Assembly (NCBI GenBank): GCA_016939365.1 | Contig: JAFGHD010000112.1 | Location: 162-64,161, forward strand | Source: Bacteroidales bacterium | GTDB lineage: Bacteria; Bacteroidota; Bacteroidia; Bacteroidales; JAFGHD01 | Reading direction: 5' to 3' | DNA: 64,000 bases | In this document: in pieces, positions 54,974 through 64,000 of the stretch | Layout of the letters: every line of letters begins with the position of its first letter | Position numbering within the stretch: the stretch's first letter is position 1 | Program-made: the position numbers and the translations under genes | The notes under the pieces: model-generated | Told to the model about the DNA's origin: nothing | What the model saw: only the letters and a program-made list of their open reading frames with translations | The model's database searches: none

Positions 54974-57900
54974 TCACCAGAGCATTACTTTGTGGGTCTC
55001 TGAAACACCGTCGCCGTTTACTTTCACGATGTAATATCCCTGTCCCGAAGGGATGTTCATCACTGTAATAGGTGCCTCGATCCTGCCGCGGGTCACCTCC
55101 TGCCCGAGCATGTTGAAGACCATGACCTCACCGTTGGAACTGCCGGATTTGATATAGATGGAGCCCTCATAAGAGTAAACATGCATTTCCTCCGAAAGGG
55201 AGCCGCTCTTCACCAGGTCCTGGCCGGGCATATCCTCCACTGAAAAATGCAGTCTGAACCTGTCCGGGGGGTCGATGGTTTTTCCCGTAAACTGCACAAC
55301 GGGCTGGCTTCTGAGATTGGTGAAAATCCCGGTGTTGATATCTTCCAGCCAGATGGTGTACTCATCATCGAAGGTATTGATGGTTAGTGCCGAGAGGGTA
55401 TAGGTGCCGTCAGCACCCACGCTGTATGACAGCGGGACCACCCTGACGCCGGCTACCGGCGGGAAGCAGTTCATCGACATCTTTTCCGTGGAAATGTATG
55501 AGCCGAGCTGGGGTGCTGCGCTGATCCCCGTGAACTTGAATGCATCGTAGAGATAATCAAAATCTTCCGTTGCATTGATGTCGAAGAACACGATCGTTTC
55601 ATCGGTGTAACCGTTTCCGGTAACCTCGAGTTTCAGCATGTTGGGGGTAAACTGTCCACCCTTCAAACCGGTTTCATCAGGAGTCGCAGGTGTAACCGTT
55701 TCGAAGGATGCTTGCGGGGCGGGCCTGTTCACCTTGATGGCAACATCTCCCCTGCTCCTGTAATCCAACACATCGGGTTGGTCGTCCCCCAACAGTACTG
55801 CCGGTATGAGCTGCTGGCCCGAACTTTTGTAAAATGCCTGTGTGCTGTGGAATCTTTCGCTCTGGGGAATGGTAAGCGTGGGGTTGAAGCTGTTCGCCTT
55901 CACGAAGAAGCCCTGGTCTGCCGGTATGGTTCCATCGGTCTTGTTGATGCCGAGACCTGTGTACCAGTTCCATTCGGCATACTGCCCCAGTGTGCCGTCC
56001 CAGAGATATACCGTGGGATCAATAGCAGAGGATGGCCATGAGCCGTTCCAGTCGATGGCTGAGGGATAGGGATTGCCGACCAGGTTCCATCCTTCATAAT
56101 CTCCCCAGTGAATTCCGCCGTTGTTGTTCCTGTCGGTGGCTGTGACGGAAGCGGGTATGTCACCGGTGTTCAGGTTACCGCCCGTATAGACGAATGTCTT
56201 AGGGGAGCCGGTTTTCCAGAGCTCATACCCCTGTGCTACATTCAGAGGGATGTTCGTCGGGACGATATAGGGCCCCCACATATAGGTAGCTTCATCCCAC
56301 GCTCGCAGGTAGCTGCCCAGGAACACCCCGGAAAGTGCATTAATGACCGGGGGTGAAACATAGTGCCACTGGTTGGGCGTAATATAACGCTGGACGGAAG
56401 TGATTCCGCCAACGGATGAATTGCCATTGTCGATCCATGAGCCGGTACCGGAGCTGTTGGAGTAAATTGTCAGATTCCCTGAGACCGAACTACTCCCTGT
56501 GACATCCATGGTTGCTGCACCCAGGGGGCCGATCAGCATCTTGCCTCCGACCAGCACCTCATCGCTCGTGTAACCGGGATCACTTTGTGTAGTGGCAAGG
56601 CCTCCCAGTACCCTGAATTCATCGTAAACCTGATAGCCGGAGGTAGAGGATACCGGATTGCACCTGAATTCCAGTCCGGGGCCGTCAATGCTGAGCTTAT
56701 AAGCCGATCCTTTGAATCCCGCACCGAAAAGCGAAGACATGAAGTAGTGGGGTCCTGCACCGGATGTTCCCGTCATATAGATGGTCCCGTCGGTCATGGT
56801 CCAGTTGGTGGCCAGGTTCCGGTAGGTGCCGCCGATGGTCAGGTAGGCCGGACCATCCATGATGCCCGTGAAGTCAAAGGCGCCCCATGCCACTGAGCCT
56901 GCTGCGTTGATCACACCCCCGGATATCTCGACGTTTCCGCGGGCGAAAACCTGTGTGGGGCTCCGGAACCAGTTGCTAAAGGAGATAGTACCGTTGTTGA
57001 TATCGGTAGTGGAGCCGAAAGTAGCGTAAATATTCCCCGCCAGGGAGCATATGCCTCCGTTGAGCTCAAATTCACCGCTGATGCCATTTCCAACATAAAG
57101 ATCACCTGTAAGGTTCAGGCTTCCCGCATTCATCTGAAGGAATCCTCCATCCAGGATAACAATGGTTCCCGTGTTGACAGTCCCGTCGAAAATGGTCAAT
57201 GATGCACCGGTACTCATTCCCAGGATAATATTCACTGTTTTGGTCAGGCTCCCTCCCGTTATCACGGAAAGGCTCCCGCCATCCATAACGTACAGGCTGT
57301 TTCCAACAGCGACTTCATCAACCACAGGATAGTTTGGACATCCGGCAGGGATCACAACATCCGTGATGAGTGTTGGGATATTATGGTCGCTCCAGTTGCC
57401 GATGTTGCTCCAGTCTGTATTAACCAGGCCGGTCCAGACACCCGGAGCACCCCAGGGACCTTCCTGTATCTGGAAATCGTCAAAAACCCAGTACCAGTCA
57501 TCGTTATGTGATACCTGCCATCCGAAAAGGATGTTGCCGGCTCCATCAGCCCAGGAGGAAATATCGTATTCCTTCCATCCTTCTTCCAGGGCCGGGGCGT
57601 TGTGATGCCATTCGTCTATAACAATAACCGTAGTACCCCCATCAGGAGATCCGATAAAATAGCCATCCTGCGTCCCGGTGGGATAGTTTGCACGCCAGTA
57701 ATGGTAAAAACGGACATGAAGGTTGTTATTTCCACTCCCGTTAAAACAAGGTGAAATGACAAGGCCTGTCTCATAAGGGGTGTAGTCTGAGAAAACATGA
57801 TAGCCTGTCGGCGGTGATGCCCCCGGCCAGTTGGTGCTGATCGACCAGACGTCCGGGTTGTTGGTGCCCCAGCCGGAGGGCCAGGAGGGTCCCGCATCAA

Positions 57901-59137
57901 AATCCTGGGTATAAGGGATGGACAGGCAGGGTTGGTATTCCTGGACAACGATATTGTCGATATCCCATTCGTTAAAATCATTGTTCATGTTGCCGTTCAG
58001 GAAAAAGGCAAGATAGGTTGTAGCACCGAGATTGTTCGTGATCACGGTAGAGACCGGTTCCGGCCCGATATCGCCATTTCCGGAAGCAAAGCTTATTTCA
58101 GTTGTCCAGCTACTGAAATCTGAACTGGAAGCCAGGCCGAAGGTCATTCCGGAGCCCTGGTCATCGAAATAATGCAGGAAATCCACCTGAAGCTGTGTCA
58201 CGCCTGTGGTGGTGATGGGTTGAAGGAACAGTACACTTGAACCTGTTCCCGTGCCAGGCTGGTCTTCAGCCCTCATTTCACAGGCTGTCCCTCCGGCTTC
58301 ATTGCTGTTGCTGACAATCCAGCGGTAACTGCAACCCTGGGAGGTTTGGTTCCATCCAGCAGGCCAGGTGCAGGATGAGAAATCTTCCGAAAAGGGCAGG
58401 GAAACGGGGGCACCTGCAGGAATGAATTCGTAATAGTCATTATCGTCAGGATTCCTGTTGCCGCTGGTAAAGGAGAAGTTCGGTGAAGTGCCAGTCTGTA
58501 ACGCGGTAGTGGCGTCCAGCTGTATCCCTATGGTCGAGGATCCGGGACCGCCATTATTGTAATTAAAATCCACGAAATAGACCTTATTTGTGGTCTCTTC
58601 CAGAACAACGGCAAAATAAGCCCACGAGTAGCCATCATATTCAAAATCACTCCATTTTACCCAGTGCTGCCGGTAAGGGGATGAGCCAAATGTCCTTGAA
58701 TAAACATCCGACGTATTTGTGGTAGGTGGATCTGCCGTAAAACTGTCCCAGAATACGGCCAGGGTCAGGTCGGGCAAGGATGCACTGGGAAGCGATGTAT
58801 TGTTATTGGGAGGCGATCCCAGGGTACCCGTATTAAAGGTAAGCAATCCGTTCTGACTGACACGGAACTGGGTCACAGGAACACCGTAAACGTCAAATGC
58901 AAACGGCAGGCCCTGAGTTGTGGACCAGATATTCGACGATTGCGGACCACTGATGATCAATGACCATCCATTCGCGCGGTCATCTCTTAGTGTATTGATT
59001 CCTTGCGGATTCCCCGCATCAACCGATTCAGTGATCTGATATTGGATCTGGGCAGATACCAAAGTAACCGAAAGAACGAAAAACAAAGCCAGTACAGTCC
59101 TTATAAGCTGCCTGGTCAAGAGCTGAGCTGTTTTCAT
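54974..59137 (-). CDS. Large multidomain T9SS-secreted surface protein
   Basis: 1387 aa. The signal peptide is ...VTLVSA|QIQ.
- The N-terminus has a NIDO-like pattern (LPFAFDVYGVPVTQFRVSQNGLLTF).
- Two modules carry F.EDF...WP.GW motifs (FSEDFSSCTWPAGW; YTQDFDAGPSWPSGW), like 'choice-of-anchor J'/MAM-type domains.
- A Gly/Asn/Thr-rich beta-helix-like segment follows.
- A roughly 400-aa module is shared with the 754-aa neighbour.
- The T9SS CTD ends GYYIVKVNGDGVSETHKVMLW. Confidence 0.75.
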   Translation of the reverse strand: MKTAQLLTRQLIRTVLALFFVLSVTLVSAQIQYQITESVDAGNPQGINTLRDDRANGWSLIISGPQSSNIWSTTQGLPFAFDVYGVPVTQFRVSQNGLLTFNTGTLGSPPNNNTSLPSASLPDLTLAVFWDSFTADPPTTNTSDVYSRTFGSSPYRQHWVKWSDFEYDGYSWAYFAVVLEETTNKVYFVDFNYNNGGPGSSTIGIQLDATTALQTGTSPNFSFTSGNRNPDDNDYYEFIPAGAPVSLPFSEDFSSCTWPAGWNQTSQGCSYRWIVSNSNEAGGTACEMRAEDQPGTGTGSSVLFLQPITTTGVTQLQVDFLHYFDDQGSGMTFGLASSSDFSSWTTEISFASGNGDIGPEPVSTVITNNLGATTYLAFFLNGNMNNDFNEWDIDNIVVQEYQPCLSIPYTQDFDAGPSWPSGWGTNNPDVWSISTNWPGASPPTGYHVFSDYTPYETGLVISPCFNGSGNNNLHVRFYHYWRANYPTGTQDGYFIGSPDGGTTVIVIDEWHHNAPALEEGWKEYDISSWADGAGNILFGWQVSHNDDWYWVFDDFQIQEGPWGAPGVWTGLVNTDWSNIGNWSDHNIPTLITDVVIPAGCPNYPVVDEVAVGNSLYVMDGGSLSVITGGSLTKTVNIILGMSTGASLTIFDGTVNTGTIVILDGGFLQMNAGSLNLTGDLYVGNGISGEFELNGGICSLAGNIYATFGSTTDINNGTISFSNWFRSPTQVFARGNVEISGGVINAAGSVAWGAFDFTGIMDGPAYLTIGGTYRNLATNWTMTDGTIYMTGTSGAGPHYFMSSLFGAGFKGSAYKLSIDGPGLEFRCNPVSSTSGYQVYDEFRVLGGLATTQSDPGYTSDEVLVGGKMLIGPLGAATMDVTGSSSVSGNLTIYSNSSGTGSWIDNGNSSVGGITSVQRYITPNQWHYVSPPVINALSGVFLGSYLRAWDEATYMWGPYIVPTNIPLNVAQGYELWKTGSPKTFVYTGGNLNTGDIPASVTATDRNNNGGIHWGDYEGWNLVGNPYPSAIDWNGSWPSSAIDPTVYLWDGTLGQYAEWNWYTGLGINKTDGTIPADQGFFVKANSFNPTLTIPQSERFHSTQAFYKSSGQQLIPAVLLGDDQPDVLDYRSRGDVAIKVNRPAPQASFETVTPATPDETGLKGGQFTPNMLKLEVTGNGYTDETIVFFDINATEDFDYLYDAFKFTGISAAPQLGSYISTEKMSMNCFPPVAGVRVVPLSYSVGADGTYTLSALTINTFDDEYTIWLEDINTGIFTNLRSQPVVQFTGKTIDPPDRFRLHFSVEDMPGQDLVKSGSLSEEMHVYSYEGSIYIKSGSSNGEVMVFNMLGQEVTRGRIEAPITVMNIPSGQGYYIVKVNGDGVSETHKVMLW

Positions 59138-59169
59138 AAAGTGTTTTTTAGTTCAGTTTTTTCATGATA

Positions 59170-59177
59170 CAAAAATA
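59170..59177 (-). promoter_or_regulatory. Bacteroidota -7 promoter box (TAttTTTG on the minus strand)
   Basis: The plus strand reads caaaaata, 33 nt upstream of the ATG at 59137. Confidence 0.45.
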
Positions 59178-59500
59178 ACTAATATTTTCCATGAAAGTCA
59201 ATATTAAGAGGAAAAAGATTATTGCAAGATGGAATATTGTTCCGATCATCCGGCAATTGAAGTGGTTTTATGCGTGAAATACCCTGTATCAAATGAAGGC
59301 TGCAATAAACAATAACCTGAACTCCGGGCATTTGTCCAGCATTGTGAACACCTGATCTTTTCATGATTATCTGCAGATGATGTTCAAAAATTGAACTGAA
59401 ATCCTGATCAAATAATTTTTTTTATTCAAATATCAGAATTTCTTTGATATCATGAAAAATATGCCGATATTTGCTTAACCGAACCTATAAAGGATAAACC

Positions 59501-61765
59501 ATGGAAGCAACTGTAAAGAGAGTAATTGCATGTCTGGGGGTTATGTTTTTCGCCTCGGTCATTTCGGTGGGTCAAGTTCAATTTGCACTTGACTATGATG
59601 GTATTGATGACTATGTGCTGGTACCCGACGATCCAACCCTGGAAGGAATGGCCCAACTTACCCTGGAAGCCTGGATCAAACCGGTCGAGGAGGGAAGTGT
59701 AGAAGGGATCATTTCAAAGCGGGTGAACAGCAACAACCAATCATCCTATTCATTGTTCGTTTATAACGATAATCGTGTGTATTTCAAGGTGAACAATGAA
59801 GGGAATACATTTTCGACCGCTACAGTACTGACGACAAACAGGTGGTATCATATAGCAGCGGTCTTTGACGGCTCCTTGCCTGAGGCAGAGCGGAAAAAAA
59901 TCTATGTGAACGGATCCCTTGACAATACGGGAGCCTCCACCAGCACTTCGATCGCTTCGACCGCATCGGATTTCCACATCGGGGTGCTCATCGGGAACAA
60001 CACTTCCTTTTTCAGCGGACAGATCGATGAGGTTCGTGTGTGGAATTCTGCCAGGACCAACAATCAGATCAGGAACAACTGCCACCGGGAACTGCCGAAT
60101 CCCAACGTGGGGGTATTGGCAGCATATTATGTTTTTAACCAGACCTCAGGGATTCTGGTGCCCGATGTATCAAACAATTCGAACAACGGAACGCTGATGA
60201 ATATGGATCCCGCGACCGATTGGGTATCATCCACTGCCCCCATACCCTACTTCACCGTTCAGAACGGTTGGTGGCTTGACCATGCCACCTGGGCTGCCGG
60301 ACAACGGGCTCCGGTAAACAATTGGGCACGGGTCCGTATCGATCACGATGTGGAGGTCAATTCAGCTGAGCTGTGCCGCAGCCTGATCGTCAGCATGAGC
60401 GGATGTGTCACCATCGACGCGGGGTATTCACTGACCGTTACCGATGGAGGCCTTGTAAACCAGGCAGGCACTTCAGGGATCATCATTGATGCCGATGTCA
60501 CAGGGATGGGTTCACTCATTTTCCCGACCTCAACGATAGAAGGTACATTAAGGCAATATGTTGAAGAAGAACAGTGGCATTTCGTCAGCTCCCCGGTAAC
60601 CAGCGCAGTGTCAAACGTATATCTTAACCTTTATCTGATTGAATGGAGTGAGCCGGACAGCACCTGGTCATATATAGTCCCCATCACGGTTCCGCTGAAT
60701 GTCACCCAGGGATACGGTGTATGGGCATCCCACGCGCTCACCGGAACCACTACCGTCAGTTATTCGGGCGTTTTCAACGCGGGAGACCAGACGGTTCCTT
60801 TGAGTTTCAGCAACAATCCCGGTGAGGGTCACGGCTGGAACCTCATCGGCAATCCTTTCCAGTCGGCCGTGGAATGGAATACATCCTGGACCTCCTCCAG
60901 TGTGGATGCAACCATCTATGTATGGAATGGCGTGCAATACCTGACCTGGAACAGAAACACGCTTCTGGGCACAAAGGGCAACGGTATGATTCCGGTAAGC
61001 CAGGGATTTTTCGTCAAGGCAAATGCACCCGCTCCCACACTCGTCATTCCCGAATCGGCAAGGCTTCACAGTGCGGAGATGTTTTACAAGAGCGGCTCAC
61101 CCAACACCACACCTGATATCATTACCCTGAACGTAAACGGAAATGGTTACGGCGACCAGCTGATCATCCACCTGACACCCGAAGCAACACTTGAATTTGA
61201 TCATGCTTTTGATGCCTACAAGATAAAAGGCATTCCGCAGGCACCCCAGCTATACGCGAGTACATCCTCCGGCGACCTGACAGTAAATGCCGTGCATAAG
61301 CTGGGCAGCGTGGATATCGGCCTGGAAACCGGCACTCCCGGAATTTACAGCATCCGCCGGACAGCAATGACCCTTCCCGGGAACCTTTACCTCGAAGACT
61401 TCCAGGATGAGATCACGGTCGAACTGAACGAGGACAACCTTTATGAATTTTTCTCCGCTCCAGATGATCCTCCCCTCAGGTTCAGGTTGCATTATACGGA
61501 AAGCAAAGAGAGCCCTGCCTCTGACGAGACCCTCTTTTCAGACTGTAAGAATTGGCATGCCTATTCCTCAGGCAGGGATATCGTTCTTGAGCTTACGGGT
61601 ACTGACAGGAAGGATGTTACGATATTCAACGCTTTGGGGCAGGTCATCCACCACATCGGTGATGCGGATGGAACGGAGCATATCAGCGTGGAACAATCCG
61701 GGGTCTATGTCATCAGGATCAATGCCGGGGGCAATACCCGGACCTCCAAAATCATGGTGTACTGA
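59501..61765 (+). CDS. LamG (concanavalin-A-like lectin) domain protein with a T9SS C-terminal sorting domain
   Basis: 754 aa. The signal peptide is ...SVISVG|QVQ. The Laminin_G_3 pattern is FDGIDDYVLVPDDPTLE...LTLEAWIKP...RWYHIAAVFDG...IYVNGSL...IDEVRVWNSART. The C-terminal half is paralogous to the 1387-aa protein. The CTD ends GVYVIRINAGGNTRTSKIMVY. Confidence 0.8.
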   Translation: MEATVKRVIACLGVMFFASVISVGQVQFALDYDGIDDYVLVPDDPTLEGMAQLTLEAWIKPVEEGSVEGIISKRVNSNNQSSYSLFVYNDNRVYFKVNNEGNTFSTATVLTTNRWYHIAAVFDGSLPEAERKKIYVNGSLDNTGASTSTSIASTASDFHIGVLIGNNTSFFSGQIDEVRVWNSARTNNQIRNNCHRELPNPNVGVLAAYYVFNQTSGILVPDVSNNSNNGTLMNMDPATDWVSSTAPIPYFTVQNGWWLDHATWAAGQRAPVNNWARVRIDHDVEVNSAELCRSLIVSMSGCVTIDAGYSLTVTDGGLVNQAGTSGIIIDADVTGMGSLIFPTSTIEGTLRQYVEEEQWHFVSSPVTSAVSNVYLNLYLIEWSEPDSTWSYIVPITVPLNVTQGYGVWASHALTGTTTVSYSGVFNAGDQTVPLSFSNNPGEGHGWNLIGNPFQSAVEWNTSWTSSSVDATIYVWNGVQYLTWNRNTLLGTKGNGMIPVSQGFFVKANAPAPTLVIPESARLHSAEMFYKSGSPNTTPDIITLNVNGNGYGDQLIIHLTPEATLEFDHAFDAYKIKGIPQAPQLYASTSSGDLTVNAVHKLGSVDIGLETGTPGIYSIRRTAMTLPGNLYLEDFQDEITVELNEDNLYEFFSAPDDPPLRFRLHYTESKESPASDETLFSDCKNWHAYSSGRDIVLELTGTDRKDVTIFNALGQVIHHIGDADGTEHISVEQSGVYVIRINAGGNTRTSKIMVY

Positions 61766-61905
61766 GTCATGATCCGGCCGGGAAGAATACCAATTCCCTC
61801 ATAAATCTTTCCGGAACGGCAATTCTGATAGGGGGAGCGCCTGATGCCGTTGCAACGCACAGTACTTCTCTTTCTTTCCATCCGTTGAACCAGCGGTCTT
61901 TTTAT

Positions 61906-61913
61906 TACTTTTG
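61906..61913 (+). promoter_or_regulatory. Bacteroidota -7 promoter box (TActTTTG)
   Basis: tacttttg lies 28 nt upstream of the glnS ATG at 61941. Confidence 0.45.
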
Positions 61914-61940
61914 CACCCTTTGTGATCATTATCTGTCATT

Positions 61941-63653
61941 ATGGATAAACAGGATAACAGGGGTCCGGAGGCCAACGGAGGCCGGCCTCTGAATTTTCTA
62001 GAGGCCATCATTGAAGAGGATATCCGCAACGGCAAACACAACGGCAGGGTGCATACCCGTTTTCCTCCGGAACCCAACGGGTACCTTCATATAGGACATG
62101 CAAAATCCATCTGTCTCAATTTCGGCCTGGCCGAAAAATACGGTGGCAGGTGTAATCTCCGGTTCGATGATACCAACCCGACCAGGGAGGAGCAGGAGTA
62201 TGTCGACTCCATCATGGAGGATGTGAGGTGGCTTGGATTCGACTGGGAGGATCGCCTGTATTATGCGTCGGATTATTTTGACCAGTTGTATGAATGGGCA
62301 TTGAAACTGATCCGTGAAGGAAAGGCTTATGTGGACGACCAGCCTGCCGATGTGATCAGTGAGCAGCGCGGGGTTCCCACCCGTCCGGGAGTGGAAAGCC
62401 CTTTCAGGAACCGGACTGTGGAGGAGAACCTCGACCTTTTCCTGAGAATGAAAAACGGTGAATTCCCGAATGGGGCCCGGGTGCTGCGGGCAAAAATCGA
62501 CATGTCGTCCCCGAACATGCATATGCGTGATCCCGTGATGTACCGGATCATGCATGCGCGGCACCACCGCAGCGGGGACAAATGGTGCATCTATCCCACA
62601 TACGACTATACCCATGGCCAGTCGGACTACCTGGAAGGCATCACCCATTCCATCTGTACCCTCGAGTTTGAAATCCACCGGCCCCTTTATGACTGGTTCC
62701 TCGATCAGATCATCGACACGGATTACCGTCCCCGGCAATATGAATTCGCCCGGCTCAACCTGAACTATACGGTCATCAGCAAGCGCAAGCTGCTCGAACT
62801 GGTTGAAGGGAAATATGTGAACGGCTGGGATGATCCCAGGATGCCAACCATTTCAGGACTCAGAAGAAGGGGGTACACCCCTCTTTCCATCCGGAATTTT
62901 GCTGACCGTGTGGGCGTTGCAAAACGTGAGAATGTGATCGATGTCGGCCTGCTGGAGTTTTGTATCCGTGAGGATCTCAACCGATGCGCCCCCCGGGTGT
63001 TTGCCGTGCTGAACCCCCTCAGGGTGGTCATCACCAATTTCGAAGAGGGTAAAACGGAAGAACTGGAGCTGGAACGCAACCCGGAGGATCCCTCCATGGG
63101 AACCCGCAAGGTGCCCTTCACCCGGGAGATTTATATTGAACAGGAAGATTTCCATGAGGACCCGCCGCCCAAATTTTTTCGCCTCAGCCCCGGACGTGAA
63201 GTGCGGCTGAAAGGTGCCTACATCATCCGTTGCGAAGGCTTTCAAAAGGATGATAATGGACGGATCACCGAAGTCTATTGTACATATGACCCGGAAACCC
63301 GGAGCGGATCAGGCAGCCAGAAAAAGGTCAAGGGAACACTCCACTGGGTTTCAACCCAACATGCAGTGAACTGTGAGGTCAGACTCTATGACAGGCTCTT
63401 TATGAAGGAAGACCCGGAAGAAGCCACCGGAGAGGAGGCCGATTTCAAATTGTTCCTCAATCCGGATTCCCTGAAAGTCGTGCAGGGAAAAGCGGAACCC
63501 AGCCTCAGAAATGCCGCGCACCTGGAAAAATTCCAGTTCCAGCGCCTGGGTTACTTCTGCGTGGACACTGACTCCTCGGATGAAAAGCTGGTATTCAACA
63601 GAACGGTCACCCTGAAGGAGTCCTGGATCCGCGCATCGGGAAAGGAATCGTAA
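61941..63653 (+). CDS. glnS: Glutamine--tRNA ligase
   Basis: 570 aa. The class I motifs are HIGH ([12 protein letters not shown]) and the KMSKS equivalent (VISKRK). GlnRS-type anticodon-binding beta-barrels form the C-terminal half. Confidence 0.9.
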   Translation: MDKQDNRGPEANGGRPLNFLEAIIEEDIRNGKHNGRVHTRFPPEPNGYLHIGHAKSICLNFGLAEKYGGRCNLRFDDTNPTREEQEYVDSIMEDVRWLGFDWEDRLYYASDYFDQLYEWALKLIREGKAYVDDQPADVISEQRGVPTRPGVESPFRNRTVEENLDLFLRMKNGEFPNGARVLRAKIDMSSPNMHMRDPVMYRIMHARHHRSGDKWCIYPTYDYTHGQSDYLEGITHSICTLEFEIHRPLYDWFLDQIIDTDYRPRQYEFARLNLNYTVISKRKLLELVEGKYVNGWDDPRMPTISGLRRRGYTPLSIRNFADRVGVAKRENVIDVGLLEFCIREDLNRCAPRVFAVLNPLRVVITNFEEGKTEELELERNPEDPSMGTRKVPFTREIYIEQEDFHEDPPPKFFRLSPGREVRLKGAYIIRCEGFQKDDNGRITEVYCTYDPETRSGSGSQKKVKGTLHWVSTQHAVNCEVRLYDRLFMKEDPEEATGEEADFKLFLNPDSLKVVQGKAEPSLRNAAHLEKFQFQRLGYFCVDTDSSDEKLVFNRTVTLKESWIRASGKES

Positions 63654-63730
63654 ATTTCAGTTACAACTTGATTGAGATTCGCCTGGAACAAAAAAAACTG
63701 ATTGCGATTCATTTGGTTGAATTCTTTTTA

Positions 63731-63738
63731 TAATTTTG
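63731..63738 (+). promoter_or_regulatory. Bacteroidota -7 promoter box (TAatTTTG) for the tRNA gene
   Basis: taattttg ends 10 nt before tRNA position 1 (63748). Confidence 0.5.
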
Positions 63739-63747
63739 CAGCTTCAT

Positions 63748-63820
63748 TGCCCGATGGTGTAACTGGCAACACGTCTGACTCTGGATCAGAAGACTCCAGG
63801 TTCGACCCCTGGTCGGGCAA
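63748..63820 (+). tRNA. tRNA-Gln (anticodon CTG)
   Basis: I folded the cloverleaf by hand.
- Acceptor stem: TGCCCGA/TCGGGCA (7 bp, with U1-A72).
- D stem: GTGT/ACAC, with a GG-containing loop.
- Anticodon stem: TCTGA/TCAGA, with loop CT-CTG-GA.
- Variable loop: 5 nt.
- T stem: CCAGG/CCTGG, with loop TTCGACC.
- Discriminator: A. No CCA is encoded. Confidence 0.9.
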
Positions 63821-63832
63821 CATTGAGGATCA

Positions 63833-63870
63833 AAGACTTGCATTGGACAGACAGTGCAGGTCTTTTTTTA
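63833..63870 (+). terminator. Rho-independent terminator after tRNA-Gln
   Basis: aagacttgca (63833-63842) pairs with tgcaggtctt (63855-63864) in a 10-bp stem with one G-U pair. It runs directly into a T-tract (tcttttttta). Confidence 0.7.
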
Positions 63871-64000
63871 TTTGCATACAATTTACAGCATACAAATGGG
63901 GTAAAAAAATTCCCACTCTGATTCGTTTTCTCCTGATTGACTATTTGGCTTTTTCTGATCACCTCATCCATGTTGGTTGTATTCGATGCCCCCATAGATA

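Noticed and set aside
59138-59500. A search for the ECF motif TGTAACC-N15-CGTCT in the divergent promoter region of the two large T9SS genes
   Set aside because: No CGTC or GACG occurs in the relevant parts of the spacer. The 1387-aa gene instead has an ordinary TAttTTTG box, so there is no sequence support for direct ECF control.
63821-64000. A possible start of an integrated element or integrase next to tRNA-Gln, plus the 69-aa minus-strand ORF 63786-63995
   Set aside because: The ORF overlaps the tRNA and terminator and has no protein-like features. No repeat of the tRNA 3' end and no integrase-like sequence is visible in the 180 bp available. The window is too short to judge.

Overview
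This 64 kb window reads as an ordinary chromosomal segment of a Bacteroidota genome. It is not a mobile or defence island. The phylum call rests on four sequence observations. Many genes have a TAnnTTTG '-7' promoter box 10-45 nt upstream. Several secreted proteins end in type IX secretion (T9SS) C-terminal sorting domains. The gene order ftsX-DUF3098-uppP-truB-queA is present. Every predicted signal-peptidase-I substrate has Gln at +1.

I support about 46 CDS, one tRNA (tRNA-Gln CTG directly after glnS), several hairpin terminators and a set of promoter motifs.
- Housekeeping genes: polA, purL, glnS, holA, queA, truB, ispD, uppP, ftsX, corA, elbB, a PhoH/PIN ATPase and an acyl-CoA ligase.
- Envelope and efflux genes: an AsmA-like protein, and a complete MacAB-like ABC operon with ATPase, two FtsX permeases and an adaptor. 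There is also a second adaptor plus ATPase pair with no permease.
- Signalling genes: three sensor kinases, one sigma-54-dependent NtrC-type regulator, and one ECF sigma with a membrane partner.
- Secreted or T9SS proteins: a partial C25 gingipain-like peptidase, a GH8 glycanase, a 1387-aa multidomain protein, a 754-aa LamG protein and a 372-aa repeat protein. A lipoprotein glutaminyl cyclase is also encoded.

I saw no CRISPR array, transposase, integrase, rRNA or recognisable phage or defence genes.

Five things deserve a second look.
1. A roughly 140-190 nt two-hairpin intergenic repeat is present in two copies 27 kb apart.
2. A 1076-aa single-chain fusion carries 2Fe-2S, pyridine-nucleotide-disulfide oxidoreductase, 2x[4Fe-4S], BFD-[2Fe-2S] and DAO-type flavoenzyme modules.
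3. Twin divergent ECF-type promoters (TGTAACC-N15-CGTCT) lie between the ECF sigma operon and a small membrane protein.
4. Two divergently transcribed large T9SS proteins share a roughly 400-aa C-terminal module.
5. The GH8 gene sits in an AT-richer islet bounded by long ORF-free spacers.

None of these can be called a new system from sequence alone. All function calls come from motif recognition by eye, with no database search.
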